NCBI GenBank assembly: GCA_021432655.1
Contig: MU271213.1
Coordinates: 111,726 to 151,542, forward strand
Direction: 5' to 3'
DNA length: 39,817 nt
DNA from: Atractiella rhizophila
Lineage: Eukaryota
The translations under genes were made by a program, and so were the position numbers. Under the pieces are notes generated by a model that was given only the letters and a program-made list of their open reading frames with translations, was not told the origin of the DNA and ran no database searches. Shown one piece after another: positions 22,582-34,668 of this stretch (its first letter is position 1; every line of letters begins with the position of its first letter).

Positions 22582-25032
22582 TCATAGGATATAACGGAAG
22601 CCCAGGTGGCGATCACCAAGATCCATCAGTTCCTCTTTAGTCTTCCCTTCATAACCCCATATCTTCACCTGTTCCGGACTCGCCTCCAATTGAGCGCGTC
22701 CATCCAACATCCCCTCTCGAGTCTCTTCGTCCAAAGTCGCGTCACCAGAGGAAACGAGCAACGCATCTCGACGGTTATTCTCCCGATTCAAGAAGAAAAG
22801 CAATATCAATGACGTCCTGTTTAGAACCTTAGGTGGCATCCCAACTGTAAAGAAGGAGTGAACTGACACAAGAGACAGCCCTGCGAAGCCCAAAGACAGT
22901 CTAACAACATTGCTTCAGTCTGCAGTCTAGATGATTGCGCAAGAAACGTACGCATGTCCTCGAATGAACCTTGGGCCATCGCCCGGCCTGTAGGACTCCG
23001 AAGCGATGATACCCCCTGAATTTCCAAGTGTGAACATCATTCCCTGTCCTCAATTCAGCAAGCTTCCTGTACTGCACAGGGTCATAGTTACCATGCCAGT
23101 TGCTCTTTTGTAGGTTGGCCCAAGATTTGTACCGCACTATCTCGACCAGAATCAGGACTCTCCTTGCTTTTGATGCCGTCAAAGCTCACCCAAGTGATAC
23201 AAGTCGAGATGCATGGCGAGACCCCACTGATGGCAAAATAGAGCTATGGAACCAGTCACCATCCACTTTCTGAGTAGACAGGAGACTTACGCCGATGTAT
23301 GCTTGTGCAGGATGCTTTGTTACATCGACAGAAATAATAAGAATGTATCCGAGGATTGTCCAGGTCATCCAGAAAAGCATGAATATCCCCCTCTTTCCAA
23401 GTTTATCAGAAATAAGTGCAGTGATACTGTGCGGCGATGTATCGTCAGCCCTTCCTGGTGGTAAAATCCAGGAGCACGTACACGGTGGTGCCGAAACCCA
23501 AGACATAAGGAGGCACAGTCAAGAGCTGACTCTGCGCACGGGTCCAAGTACCAAGGCTTGCAATGATGGTAGGAGAGAACAGGGCAAGAGCACTAATCAC
23601 CGGACAAAGCTAGATTAAACCAGGGACAAGAGGGAGGACTGAAGGCTCACTAGAGCGGGGTCGCGACGCCGATGTAGTTGAGCATGTAGATCCAGACCTT
23701 CCATTCCTTGACAGCGCTCCAAATATGCTTAGGGTTGAAGGGGGCATCTCCGGCAGCTCCGTGGTCCACTTCCAGGCGTCGGATGACGATGGCTCTCTCC
23801 CGAGGAGTGAGAAATCTTGCATCCTCGGGGAAGTCATGGACAAAGAAAGGGCAGAGAAGGCCAACGCAGAACGTCGCGAGACCCTACGATATCAGAATGC
23901 ATGAGGTCTTGAGTGTATAGGTAGTGTGGGTTATGCGCACCTCTAAAATGAAGATCCACGCCTGAGAGACTTTTTCAACAGTTTACCGAATGAAAATGGG
24001 CCACAACCTACCCAACCGCCTTTACCGCCTATTCCGTCCATGTGGCCGATACCGTATGCCAGCAGACCTGTACTCCATTTCAGCTCTTCCAAAACCTCCT
24101 AAGAAAGTATGCACCTCCGAACGCCCCAGCCACTGTGTTACTTATCAGCAAGGAAAGCATTTGAGAAAGAGGACGCACGAGTGGCAGCGCTGAAGAAGAG
24201 AGAGATTCGAAGATTAGCTTCCCTTCGCTTGTACCTGTCCTATAGTCAATCAATTGTACAGGTCTGAGCGCAGGCAACGCACCAACAGATCAGAGCGTAA
24301 CAAATTCCGGGCTGTAGTGGGCTCAGCAATGTAGGCAGCTGGGGAAGGGACGAACAAAGAGACCGCATTCTGCGACACCAAGAAAGAATCGCTATTCGCG
24401 CCATTGTCAGCAACCTCCAAGCTTGTAAAGTGATGCAAACAACATACAGCAGTTGCGAGACCGGCGAAGCTCGTCACAGTCCCCATCAGGGTCATGACTA
24501 TCGACCAACAGATGATAATAAAAGTGATCCATCTTGAAGGCTTCAGATATTTCAGAGCGATGTTGGAGGGGGTCTCAAAGATCACATAGCCAACGAAGAA
24601 AATAGTAAGACAAGTCAAGTCTGCACGTCTGTCTGTCAACGAGATGCACCGGTGATGGAAGTACAGAAAATGTACACTGTGTACCCTTCAGCCCTAAATC
24701 CACCTCTAGCCCGTTAAGCCTCGCTTGACCGATATTCACACGGTCCAAGAAGGACAGGAGGTAAAGGAGGGACATGAAAGGAACCATGTTCCAATCCACC
24801 TGAACCAGAATCAACCGTAATCTACAAAGCAGAACCGTCTCACCTTCCTCAAGAGCCTCTTCTCCTCTTCTGGCGACCAAGAGAAGTTGGGATCGGCAAG
24901 GATAGACTTGTAGTCGTTCGGATCATAAATCGTATCGTGTTTCTCTCCCGTCAAGCCTGGAACGGAGTTGAATTTGTCGTCGATGGGAGAGACTTCCTTC
25001 TCGTCAAATGTGTCCTGTTTTCCATTCGCCAT
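22582..25032 (-). CDS. MFS transporter, anion:cation symporter (Dal5/Tna1 allantoate/nicotinate permease) family
   Basis: EEKRLLRK|VDWNMVP..LSFLDRVNIGQAR, IFFVGYVIFETPSN, WIFILEG, SDKLGKRG and the C-terminal DLGDRHLGFRYIL* typical of this family; about 12 hydrophobic segments. Confidence 0.9.
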
Positions 25033-25061
25033 TTCGTCTCAAGCTGAGTCAACAATCCACA

Positions 25062-25105
25062 CTGTGTTTAGTGTTTAGCTAGACTGGTTGAAAGCGCACA
25101 CTTAC
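25062..25105 (-). promoter_or_regulatory. Putative 5'-UTR intron of the MFS transporter
   Basis: Minus strand reads CAG|GTAAGT...GCTAAACACTAAACACAG|TG (44 nt), ending about 30 nt upstream of the ATG at 25032. Confidence 0.55.
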
Positions 25106-26167
25106 CTGAAGCGATCTTGACTGTCCTTATTTAGACTTTGGCTTTTTGTATTAGGCACTATCCAATAAAACCTCGGCCAGTACGTGAGTGAACGTTTGGA
25201 GGAGCAGTATGTCTGACAAGTCATCGAAACATGAGCGAGTTTTCCAGATTGAAAACGAGGAGAATACACACGGGGTGTCAGGGCAAGCAGAACCTCGTCG
25301 TTCGCTTCGCAGAAGAGGACCTTGGAGATAGTTTACCCCACTGAAACCCCACACGTAAATTTTTGCGAGAATGATCACACTAACGCGCTAAAACGACTTC
25401 GGGATGAAGAGGCCGAGAATAGCGCGAATCATTGGTTGCAGGCTAGTGGGCATTTGTTTGTGCATTGCAAATCGAGATATGCGTTGTTCTCTTGAAGGGA
25501 AGGCTTGGAGGCAAAGGGAAGAAGTTGAGCCAGAAATCTAATCTCCCACCTAGCAGCACGTCACGTGTTCAAATATGACGTCGTCATATGAGACGGAGAG
25601 GTGGAAAATACTGGGGAAAATAGTGCGTGTCTTCCAATGCGACAGATTCTGGTGGCGGGGGTTTGGCACCTTTATAGGAAAGGCAGAGCTGGTAGCCATT
25701 TCACGGACTTTGTTCCTTGTGTTCCCTGTTAAACCGCCCATGGGAGTTTCTGAGCTCAAAGAGCTTCGCTCATTTTTCATGTTTGAGTGGATTGTCACTG
25801 TTTCATCGTGGCGCGTAGCATAGAAGATATCAACAGGATGCATATATTCAATAAGGGGTAGCGCATTAATATCTGACTTGCAATGGTGAATGGTGGTTTG
25901 CGACGAAGGGAATACTGAACATGATGGTGATTAGATGGGTGGAGAGTCGCAAGCGATGGAAGACAATAAGGGAACAGGCGGATATGACAAAGGGCAACAA
26001 CCCCAATGGAAAGGCGTTTGGAACTGTTTGGAATATTTTAGTCAATGAAATAATCAAATTTCAACAAAACACTCATTTCTGCATCATCTACATGCCATTC
26101 TTTCCAAATTCGGAATTGGGATATCTTTGTATACTGCCGATAAGACAATTTTCTCTGCATTAATTGT

Positions 26168-27060
26168 TCACGCAAGAACCGGGAGCACTCTTCCCTCGGC
26201 TGGGTCGCTTATCGACCTTTTCTTCGGCCTCTCAGGGCTATTCAGGTATGCCTGCACTCTCTCCCTATTTTGCTATTTCAAGGAAAATCAGTGAGCGCTA
26301 CCACGCCGCAAGCGACATACCAATTTCTCATATAACGCTTTCAAATTTGGATGATGGTCGAGAACCTTGGAGTATACCTTCTTCCAATGAGAAATTACCT
26401 CCATGAAGAAAAATTCTCCTGGTACAGGCTGTGTTTCACATCTCAGCCCTAACTCAATAGAAAGGAACGTGCTACAGACCTTTTCAGTGCCGAAGAAATA
26501 TCTAGTTCCGTCAGGATTCCAGTGAGTTGTTAGAACTTCCAGCTGATCGAGGTAACCTCTAAGCTCTCCCTCAAACCAGGCTTTCCAGGCAGCCAGGTCG
26601 TCCCAATTCGAGAATGAACGGCGAATATCCAGCAAATTAGAAACCAGCATTCTTCCAACACACAGCTTCAGTAATTAATCCCCCAATTATAATGACAATC
26701 AAATACAACTCACAACGACTGGCTGTAGGCAAGTGGAGTTGGAATGTAGCCCAATTCTTGCCCCAAAAAATGAATGATCGCATTCGCCTCACAAAGGAGG
26801 ACAGGGGGCGAAGAGTCGTCCTTGGAATATGATAGCACAGGAATTTTGGCAAAAGGAAATTTGGTGACATCAAATTTGACTTTGCCGAATTCCTCACGCG
26901 AATAAAAGCGGTCATCTTCAAAAGGCACGCCTAAGCAAGTGGTCAGTATCACCAACCTTGACCATGCAATTGCAACTGTACCAGAGTCCTTGAGAAGAAC
27001 TCTTATGCTTTCGGCTACCCCTTGGCAGTCGTAGTATGTCAATGTAATTTTGGGTGTCAT
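26168..27060 (-). CDS. Glutathione S-transferase, Tyr-type (sigma/pi/mu-like), 5 exons
   Basis: MTPKITLTYYDCQGVAESIRVLLKDSG|VPFEDDR, FPFAKIPVL, LCEANAIIHFLG, HPNLKALYEKL|QNRERVQAYLNSPERP. The last exon is not in the ORF track; TGA at 26168-26170. TATA-like element upstream near 27130. Confidence 0.85.
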
Positions 27061-29254
27061 CTTTGAATACTTTAGAACTTCTCAAGACCTCGACCTCGTT
27101 CTCTCAATCATGTCACTCAAACCTCGCTCTTTTATAGCCTGGCTTTGTTCCCTCTCCGTCCCTCCGCTTACATCATGACGTGTGGGACCGCGTGCTGTCT
27201 GACAAATTAGTGGTCGAATCAGCGGAAGTCATTGTTGGAAAATTCAGAGACCCGCTGTCACGAGCCACATACAGCGAGACAAGGAGCAAGCAGAAGAGTG
27301 CCTCGGAAGAAGGAGCCGACAACTGGTTCTGCCGATTGAGTAGTATTATCAAGATATTGTGTGCCCGAATTCGGACGCTTTACAGGCCACCCACAAAATA
27401 CAAAAACAGGTGCTACCAAGTTGGATCAACCGGCATGATGATAGTACATTAACAAACTTGCCGCACTCTGGCACGAGTGAAGGATACCAATGCAGTGACC
27501 TGGACGTGGCAATTTGCATTACAGCTATGATAGATGGACTCGCTTTCTCCTTCCTCTTAGAATTGCAAAATCACTACCTATTAGGTTTATTGGTCTTGAG
27601 AACTTTCCGAGTCGACAGAGAAAGAGTGAACACTTCAGAACAGAAAGTTATTGCTTTCAAGCGAACCGAGTACACACGCTTCTTTTAAGCTTTTAGCGAA
27701 GTCCTCACCATTTCTTGAGCCCGCTCAATCCGTTCGCCTATTCAACTCTCACCCACCACTTCAAGAGCACTTTGCAATTTGATTGAGCAAATCATTCTGG
27801 TTGGTTTGTCCGAGTTTGTCTTACTCTGATAGCTGGCAAAGCAAACCACCGAAACACTCTTTCAGCCCAGCATGCGTCCAACCTTCCCTCGTCGTGTAGG
27901 CTCTCCTGTTTCCTCTTAAGAAGTGCTCATGGGCTGTTAACAGGGTGGTGGACAACGTTACCCTTTCCCTAAGGAAGTATGGAGTCCCTCAGGTCAGTGG
28001 TTACACCTGTCCAAGTAACGCTCTTACAGAGCTGCATGTGTGAATTTGATGGACAACAGGAGGATGGTGGACCCAACCTTTGAACTGGAAGACTAATACC
28101 GCCGTCGCCTTCGGAGGCGTTGCCTTTATCTGTTACCTCGCCTTCAAGTTTTCGTGCGAGTATGAGCATCGAATTGGTGACGGACCAACTCGTTGGATAC
28201 CATCAATGATGGTGCGCACCTTCTTCCTTTTGTCAGAGAAAGGATAGTAACCGTGCTTTGGTGACGTCGGGAACAGTGGACGAGAGAAGGAAAGGAGGGG
28301 AAAATTAAAATTCGGGAAGACTTTTGGGATGAGCAGGAGGGACGAAAAGAAACGCCGAGTAGTCATCACTGAGATGGTAGAGAAGAATACATGCTGTTCG
28401 AGAAAGAGAAAGGTGCGCTACTACTTGAATTGAGGGTTCTTGAATCGGCTGGCTAAGTTGGTTGAGCGTTGGCTTATTGCGCCTGGAGGCAAAGCAGCTC
28501 CGACTTCATCCCTTGTTTTAAGCACTTGTTGCGGGAATTGGTGGCGGCATTGGACTGCTCCTCGGCTAGCATTGTTTGGTATCTGTCAGATTTCAACAAA
28601 GCAACTGTTGTAATAAGTTCATTCCTTGTGCTGTCCTTCAGGCACTTCAAAGCGGAACAGCTGTTGCATCCCGTCGATTCTGTTAACATTGCCCTTCCCA
28701 GCACGCCACTAGCCTGTTCTAATAAAAGGCCATCTAATCACCCTAGTTTCCTCTCCATATTTCGATTGGTATATTTCGTTTATTGGGTGGGTAGTTCGGA
28801 GCCGTGTGATAGCAGTACTTAGGATTGACAGGAGAAGATGAAGCTGTTTTGAAGAATTAAGAACGCATTGTTGCTGACACTGGAATATGGGGGCATATAG
28901 TAAGAGTTGACTGTCCCGAACTCCAACAGTCTAACTTGATCGCTCTGATAAGAATTGTTATGACCTGAGTTGTCAATCTACTCATTCCAGCAAAGCACAG
29001 ACTTAAATGTTTCATACCTGGACAATAAATCCTCAACTCGACTATTTCTTATCGTGTAGTCCAGTCAACCCAAGTAATGGTGCCTTCTTGAGCCAAGGGC
29101 TTCGATTGCACTACTTACGATGAGAATCTACACTTCGTTGGGTCTCGATTGTGACTAAATGGTTGTAACAGCCGAAGTTACCAAATGTATTTACAGTACA
29201 AAGTAACTATGCATCCCACTTCTAGACTGTCCAGTCTATCTCTAACCTCCTGAT

Positions 29255-30275
29255 TTATACCCCCTTGCTCAGAACTGGCTCAACTACCTTCGCCACTGCC
29301 TCTGCCGTCGTAAACAGGATACCACCAGCAAAAACGGTCCGTCCCAAACGCATCACGGTTCCCCTCCAAAAAGATTTAATCCCTCCATCGGCCCATATAT
29401 CACGGATGGCTTCCATCATTGTTGTGCTAGTGACTTCATTAGCACATCTCACATGGGTAAATGAGGGAAGGCACACCGTTTCGCTGCCTGCGAACGTGTC
29501 TTGATGGTATCGAAAGGCTGAGTCGCAAGCGTAGTGATAACTCCAGCACAAGCTCCATTAGCAAAATTGACCACTGTGGACTGCTTGATTCCCTTCCTGC
29601 TCTCAAAATCCTTCAGGATATTATAGCTTCCCATCCTGAAGCTTGTCGCACCAGCCTGCTTCAATGTCGTCCCTTGGAAACCACGATAGAGGCCAATGAG
29701 TCCGTCCTCTTTGAGAATCGCTTTGATAGCAGCGGAGGTGTTGGCGAATCGTTTAGCGGAACGCGCGTCGTCTATTAATGCTGTTTTCACTCGCTCTGTA
29801 GGCGTCACTGCAAAGATACTGGCCATCACACCCGCCGCCATGCCCGCTCCCATGCTCCTCATTGGAGTCAAAGTGCCGTCCGAGGAGGCGAAGGCGTTTT
29901 TGACGGTATCAAACGAGAGGAAGCGTACGGCATCCTTGCCTACGCTTCCGATAACCATTATACCCACCCCGCGATAGATAGACCGTAATCCTTCATTCTT
30001 GTATGCTTGGAGGAGGACGGAGAAGGGATTTCGGGAGGGTTTTGCGGTAGAGGAAGAAGGTGAGGCACGGAGTTGAGCGCGTGTTTTGGCGAATTCGAAG
30101 GGATAAGTTAGCGCTGTAGTTTATTGCCAGAGAAGACACAATGAGATTTAAATCTTTGGAGACGGAAAATAAACAGACCTGCTTCTACTCCTCCCGCTAT
30201 GCCTCCGCTAATGAGAGACACAGAAGGCAGCGTCTTTTTTCCGTTTTTCCCGTTTTCAGCTCCCATACCTGGCAT
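29255..30275 (-). CDS. Mitochondrial carrier, tricarboxylate/citrate transporter (Ctp1-like), 3 exons
   Basis: SLISGGIAGGVEA|ALTYPFEFAKTRAQL, VTPTERVKTALID and TQPFDTIKTRSQ (three Px[DE]xx[KR] signatures), FWRGTVMRLGR. Confidence 0.9.
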
Positions 30276-30664
30276 TTACTCCCATATATCTAAATACGTC
30301 TAGATATCTAATAGAATTGAAGCAAGGGCAAACCCTGGAGATCCCTGCAGGAGGAGATGGTCGTTTTATGGTGTCGCGTGATGGGGGAAACCGGAACCTG
30401 GCAGTTTGCCGCTCAGACAGACACCGGGGGAGTCCATCTTCCATCAGATATCAACTTGTGCTGAGGATGAGCACGGTGCTCGGTTTCAGCAGCGGAATGC
30501 TCTCCATCGCCTGTATTGAAATTGTTTTATGTTTTTGATTTGACACACCTAAGTCACGTGGAGACACCAATCTGCAGGTTCCTTCTATCATGATAAGGAC
30601 AGGTTTAAACAGCTATAAACACGAAACTGAACTCTATTGACAGCCTACAAAAGTCCGTTAGAAC

Positions 30665-33499
30665 TCAAGGAGCTCGAATCTGTTCCTCCTCCACTCCGTC
30701 TTCCACATGCTGCTGTCTCTTCCTCTCCCTGCTCTTCCAAGCCCTCCAAGCCCTACGTACGGCCCACCAAATGCAGAACACAATCACGCTGAGGATGACA
30801 ACGAGGATGCCTACCGCCTCCACTCCGATGAGGACGAATCCAATGATGGCCCTCGTGAGGGCTGAGATGTTGTGGTTCTTTAGAGCGAACGGGATCAGGG
30901 TCGCGATGACGGCTACACGGAAGAGGGAGAGGACGGTGGTGAGGAAGTTTGAGAATTTGGAGATATAGGGACGGATGAGGAGGTGGGCTAGGAAGTGGAT
31001 GGTCGAAAGTACGACAAGGAAGATGACTTGGAGCAGGCCATGGTTCTGTCCCATCCAACGTCGATCAGTCAATCAGAAGGGGAGGGAAGTGAAGTGAGAA
31101 GGAGGAATGACGAACCTGTGCGAAACCCACGACTGCAGCTTCGACCAATTCGATCATGAGCACGAAAGGGAGGAACCAATACTTTCCCTTCGGTTTGAAT
31201 TCGACATTGTATTCCTCCCAACACTCCTTCACAGAATCCACGGGGCCATACCACCGTTGCTTCCTCATCTTTGCATCATTCCTTGCTCCGTCTTTCTCCT
31301 CTGCAACCAATCCAGCTCCTTCAACAGCTCGTCTGACGTCCTGATCTCTGTCCCTCTTCTTTTGCAATGGAGTGAGACAGACGAGGATCAACAAGATGGT
31401 GAGGATGGCTAAGATGAGAGCTGCGAAGAGTTGAAATACCCAACTAGCGTGGGGACCGAGGGAGAAGGTGTAGAAAGAAAAGAGGGAAAGTGGGAAGTAG
31501 CAGGTGATGAGGACCCGAAGGGCCATCATGCAAGCGAAGAAACGCCATCGCCATCTCTTTGCCACCTCTTGGATCGTTGGTTTCGAGGCCGAGATGCCCT
31601 TTTCGTTGAGGAGGACGCTCTGCCGCTTATTGTATCGACGTTTGAGGAGGGACATCCAGCCGAGGCAGAGGAGGTAAAGCAAGGTCATAAAAACCAAAGT
31701 GAGGCCAAGCAGGATGAGAAAGTTGATGAATGATCTATAGTCCGGTTCCATTTCACGTTAGTTCTTCACCCTCTCATTGGTAAAGATTGGAGGGACTCAC
31801 GTCATGAAGAGCGCTCCAGGCTGGATATTCAAGTCAGTAGCTACGATTTCCAATCCAGAGGTGGGGATGGCTGTTCCATCGCATCCATTTCTCAGCTCAA
31901 ATCATCTCACTTCGGACGAAGAAAAGACGTACAGCCCTCGTTCTGGACATAGGGTATCCCCTCCACATCCCCACTCGCAGGTTGGACGCTCTGTCTCTTG
32001 CTCAGTCCCCCTACGTTTCTCAACGGCCCGACCTCGAACCTCTCCCACTCCACGTGCGGATACTCCGCAATTTTGGCCGTTGAAGCGAAAGGGAAAGGAA
32101 GCGTGTTCCCATCCGCGTTGCCGCTCCCAGTCAGATTGGTGTAAGTAAAGTTGGCAGCGCGTCCGACGAATCCTAAAGAATCGTCATCTGCTCCAGTGCG
32201 TTTACCGAAGGAGTTGAGGGAGGATTGGATGGCTTTTACGTAGATTAGGAGGTTGGACCAGGCGAAGTTCTCTGTGAAGCCCAAGTAGGCACCTAGTGTC
32301 ATCGGGCATCAACTATCACATGAACCATGCTACCTAAGGGGTAGAGAACACACCAGGTGTCTGGAGGGTAAGGAATCCTGTCAGAGAGATGTGTTGAAAG
32401 AATTTAATAACAGTTTGAAAGACCATCGTCCCTCTACTCTTCGGCGGTTCCAAACTGACAGGAGTGCCTAAAATGACCGAACTCCTCAGTGGGGATTCGG
32501 GATGAGAAGAGAGGTCTCTAAAGCTGATGAGGAGGAAGGCAACGAGGACAATGAGGCCTACTGTGAGGCTGATGCTCTCGACGTGCGTGCTCAATCCGTT
32601 CGACAGTGAAGCTCGAATACAGGCTACTACTGCGCCAGTGACGTTGTCTATCAGCTCGATCTTCGCCGTCGCGTCGAGGTTGGGCACGATGTAAGCTTCT
32701 TTGGGGATGTTGGGAATGACTGAGGAGGGAAGTGGAATCACTGCTACTCCGTGAAAGTCATATTGGGGTAGCGGACAGATGACCCCTCCGAAGAGGGAGC
32801 AGATGTCGTACGTTTGGTTGAGAACCTGAAAGCACGTTATCAGTATCTAGCAGTTTAAATATTCGGATAGTAAAATATCGTGAAAGACGCATTAACGCAT
32901 TAAAGCATCAAGATGTAGAGGATTGAGGCATTAAGCATTAAGCATTAAGCATTAGATCATTAGAAAATTCCTCATCAAAGCATTGTGCATCAAAGCATCA
33001 AAGCATTAATTAAAGTACTCAGTCTTAAACATTGAGCAATCGAGCATCGAGCATTGGGCATTGAAGGGCACTGAGAACTGAGTAACGAAACAGTCGAAGG
33101 AAAGGACTGACGCTCTTCCCATAGGCTACGAGGGAGACAGCAATGGTAGGATAGAGATTAGGTAGGACGGATTGTGCATGTATGTTGAAGGCAATGGAAT
33201 TATTGTTCCTGTAAAACTTGAGCTGGAACTGTTCGACGAGGATGGCGTTAGGTGGGGAGCAGTAGGAGACGGAGGACGCGTCTATTCCGTCCATTCTATT
33301 GTCAGTTTTTATGTTCATTGTCTTGGATGCAGATTTATCGAGTGAATGCAGATGGGATCTAGATGGAGATGTACATTGAAGGAGTGAGAGACATACAGAG
33401 CTCCTGAGAGTTCAAGAAACTAGGCACGCCAATGGCCTGGACCGTTGAAGATCGAAGGGAGGAAAGGAGGAGGAAGAAAGGGAGGATTAGCGCCCACAT
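30665..33499 (-). CDS. FLC/Pkd2-family TRP-like membrane protein (signal peptide + ML-like TRP_N domain + TM region)
   Basis: Signal peptide MWALILPFFLLLSS; SSVSYCS..; DICSLFGGVICPLP; AYIVPNLDATAKIEL..VACIRASLSNGLST; FFQHISLTGFLTL; FTENFAWS; multiple TM helices; stop at 30665. Confidence 0.88.
32885..33072. repeat. Degenerate 7-8 bp array (AAGCATT/AAGCATC-like) inside FLC intron 32826-33111
   Basis: About 14 GCAT(T/C) cores counted by eye, including a perfect (AAGCATT)3 near 32933-32953. Confidence 0.8.
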
Positions 33500-33906
33500 C
33501 GTGTGGGAGTCGTCGTCAAGTCGTTATTGCAATGGAACCGTAAAATTCGAACAGAAAAGAGTGCCAGTCGATGAGCTAATAATATTGGTGGCCTCAAAAT
33601 GAGGGAGCTATGTTGCCCTTGGGATGGCCCACGCCTGCGAGAGGCTACGGCGTAAAGAGCGATGATGAAGCCGTGAACGATGTAAAGCGATAGCCTGAGG
33701 AGAGGTCGTGGTGCTTTGGGTCAACGTCGCGGTGAGGAGAAGCTGATGATAGTTGATGCCGTTCGCGTTCTTATTTGACGGATCCGGGCAGCTGGAACAA
33801 AGTGACAAAAGAGCTGAAAAGAGAAAAGAGGGATTTCGGGAAAAGGTAATCAAAATTCAAGGACTACTGGACATAGAGCGATATTACGGTAGAGATAGAG
33901 ACGGAA

Positions 33907-34495
33907 ATGAGTGAACCACTTCCGCTGAGCCAGCGCCGCAAAGACCTCGGGTGGTTCGCCTTCTTCCTCATCCACCTCATCGCGTCACTTTGCATCGGTG
34001 AGCATCTCATTCCACTCAAAAAACTTTCTTATAGTCTCTGTAAAAGACCTGCAAGGGGTCCTGCCTTCATCCTTCTATCCCAGTCCACTCAAATCCTTCT
34101 ATGCATACTACTTAACCGACCAGGCCGATCCCCTTCTCACAAACCAGGACGCTCCAGCCTACATCTGGTTCAAGACGTTCATCTACTGTGAGGTCTTCTT
34201 CCAACTCCCCGTCTTCGTACTCGGGATGTACCTCCTCCGCTCGCGGCCGTCCAGTCCAATCCTCAACCCGCTGCTCCTCGTCTATTCCACTCATGCTTTC
34301 ACCACCATCCTCCCTTGCTTTTCTACCATCCTCACCGCTGATGGAGACGGAGCGCCGACTTACGATCAGAAGGTTAAACTCGTTTGCAGCTATGCTTCTA
34401 TCACCATACCTATCCTTTTCATGCTCTTCGATTCTTGGTCTCGCGTCGTTCGTGACGGCGTCGCAGCCAGGATGGCAGAAAAGAAGAAGGATTGA
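33907..34495 (+). CDS. EXPERA/TMEM97 (EBP-like, Ema19-like) ER membrane protein, 2 exons
   Basis: PLSQRRKDLGWFAFFLIHLIASLCI|DLQ, YL..DP, WFKTFIYCEVFFQLP, LLLVYSTHAFTT; C-terminal KKKD fits a KKxx ER-retrieval motif. Confidence 0.88.
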
Positions 34496-34668
34496 AATGT
34501 GAAGGGTTGTTCACAGCGCGGAGGAGCAGTGCAAAGAAGAGGGAACCGAGATTAGGGAAATGAAGTGAAACTGGTGGGGAGGAGAGGAGAGGAGCAAGGA
34601 CGGAGGCGGGAAAGCAAAGGGATCAATTGATGACATTCCCGACACATCCTATTTACTCGTAATCTAAT

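Noticed and set aside
26080..26170. Cryptic PTS1 by stop-codon readthrough (checked for GST and the dioxygenase)
   Set aside because: No TGA-CTA context, and the extensions do not end in an SKL-like tripeptide.
28900..28960. AACTTGATC...GATAA resembling part of a TPP riboswitch
   Set aside because: No upstream CTGAGA junction or P2/P3 stems, and no thiamine-related gene linked to it.
20335..32148. Numerous plus-strand ORFs antisense to ACOX, MFS, carrier and FLC
   Set aside because: Shadows of real coding exons with no independent motifs.
32885..33072. Repeat array considered as CRISPR or telomeric repeat
   Set aside because: Units are 7-8 nt, degenerate, without unique 30-40 nt spacers, not TTAGGG-like, and lie in a eukaryotic intron.
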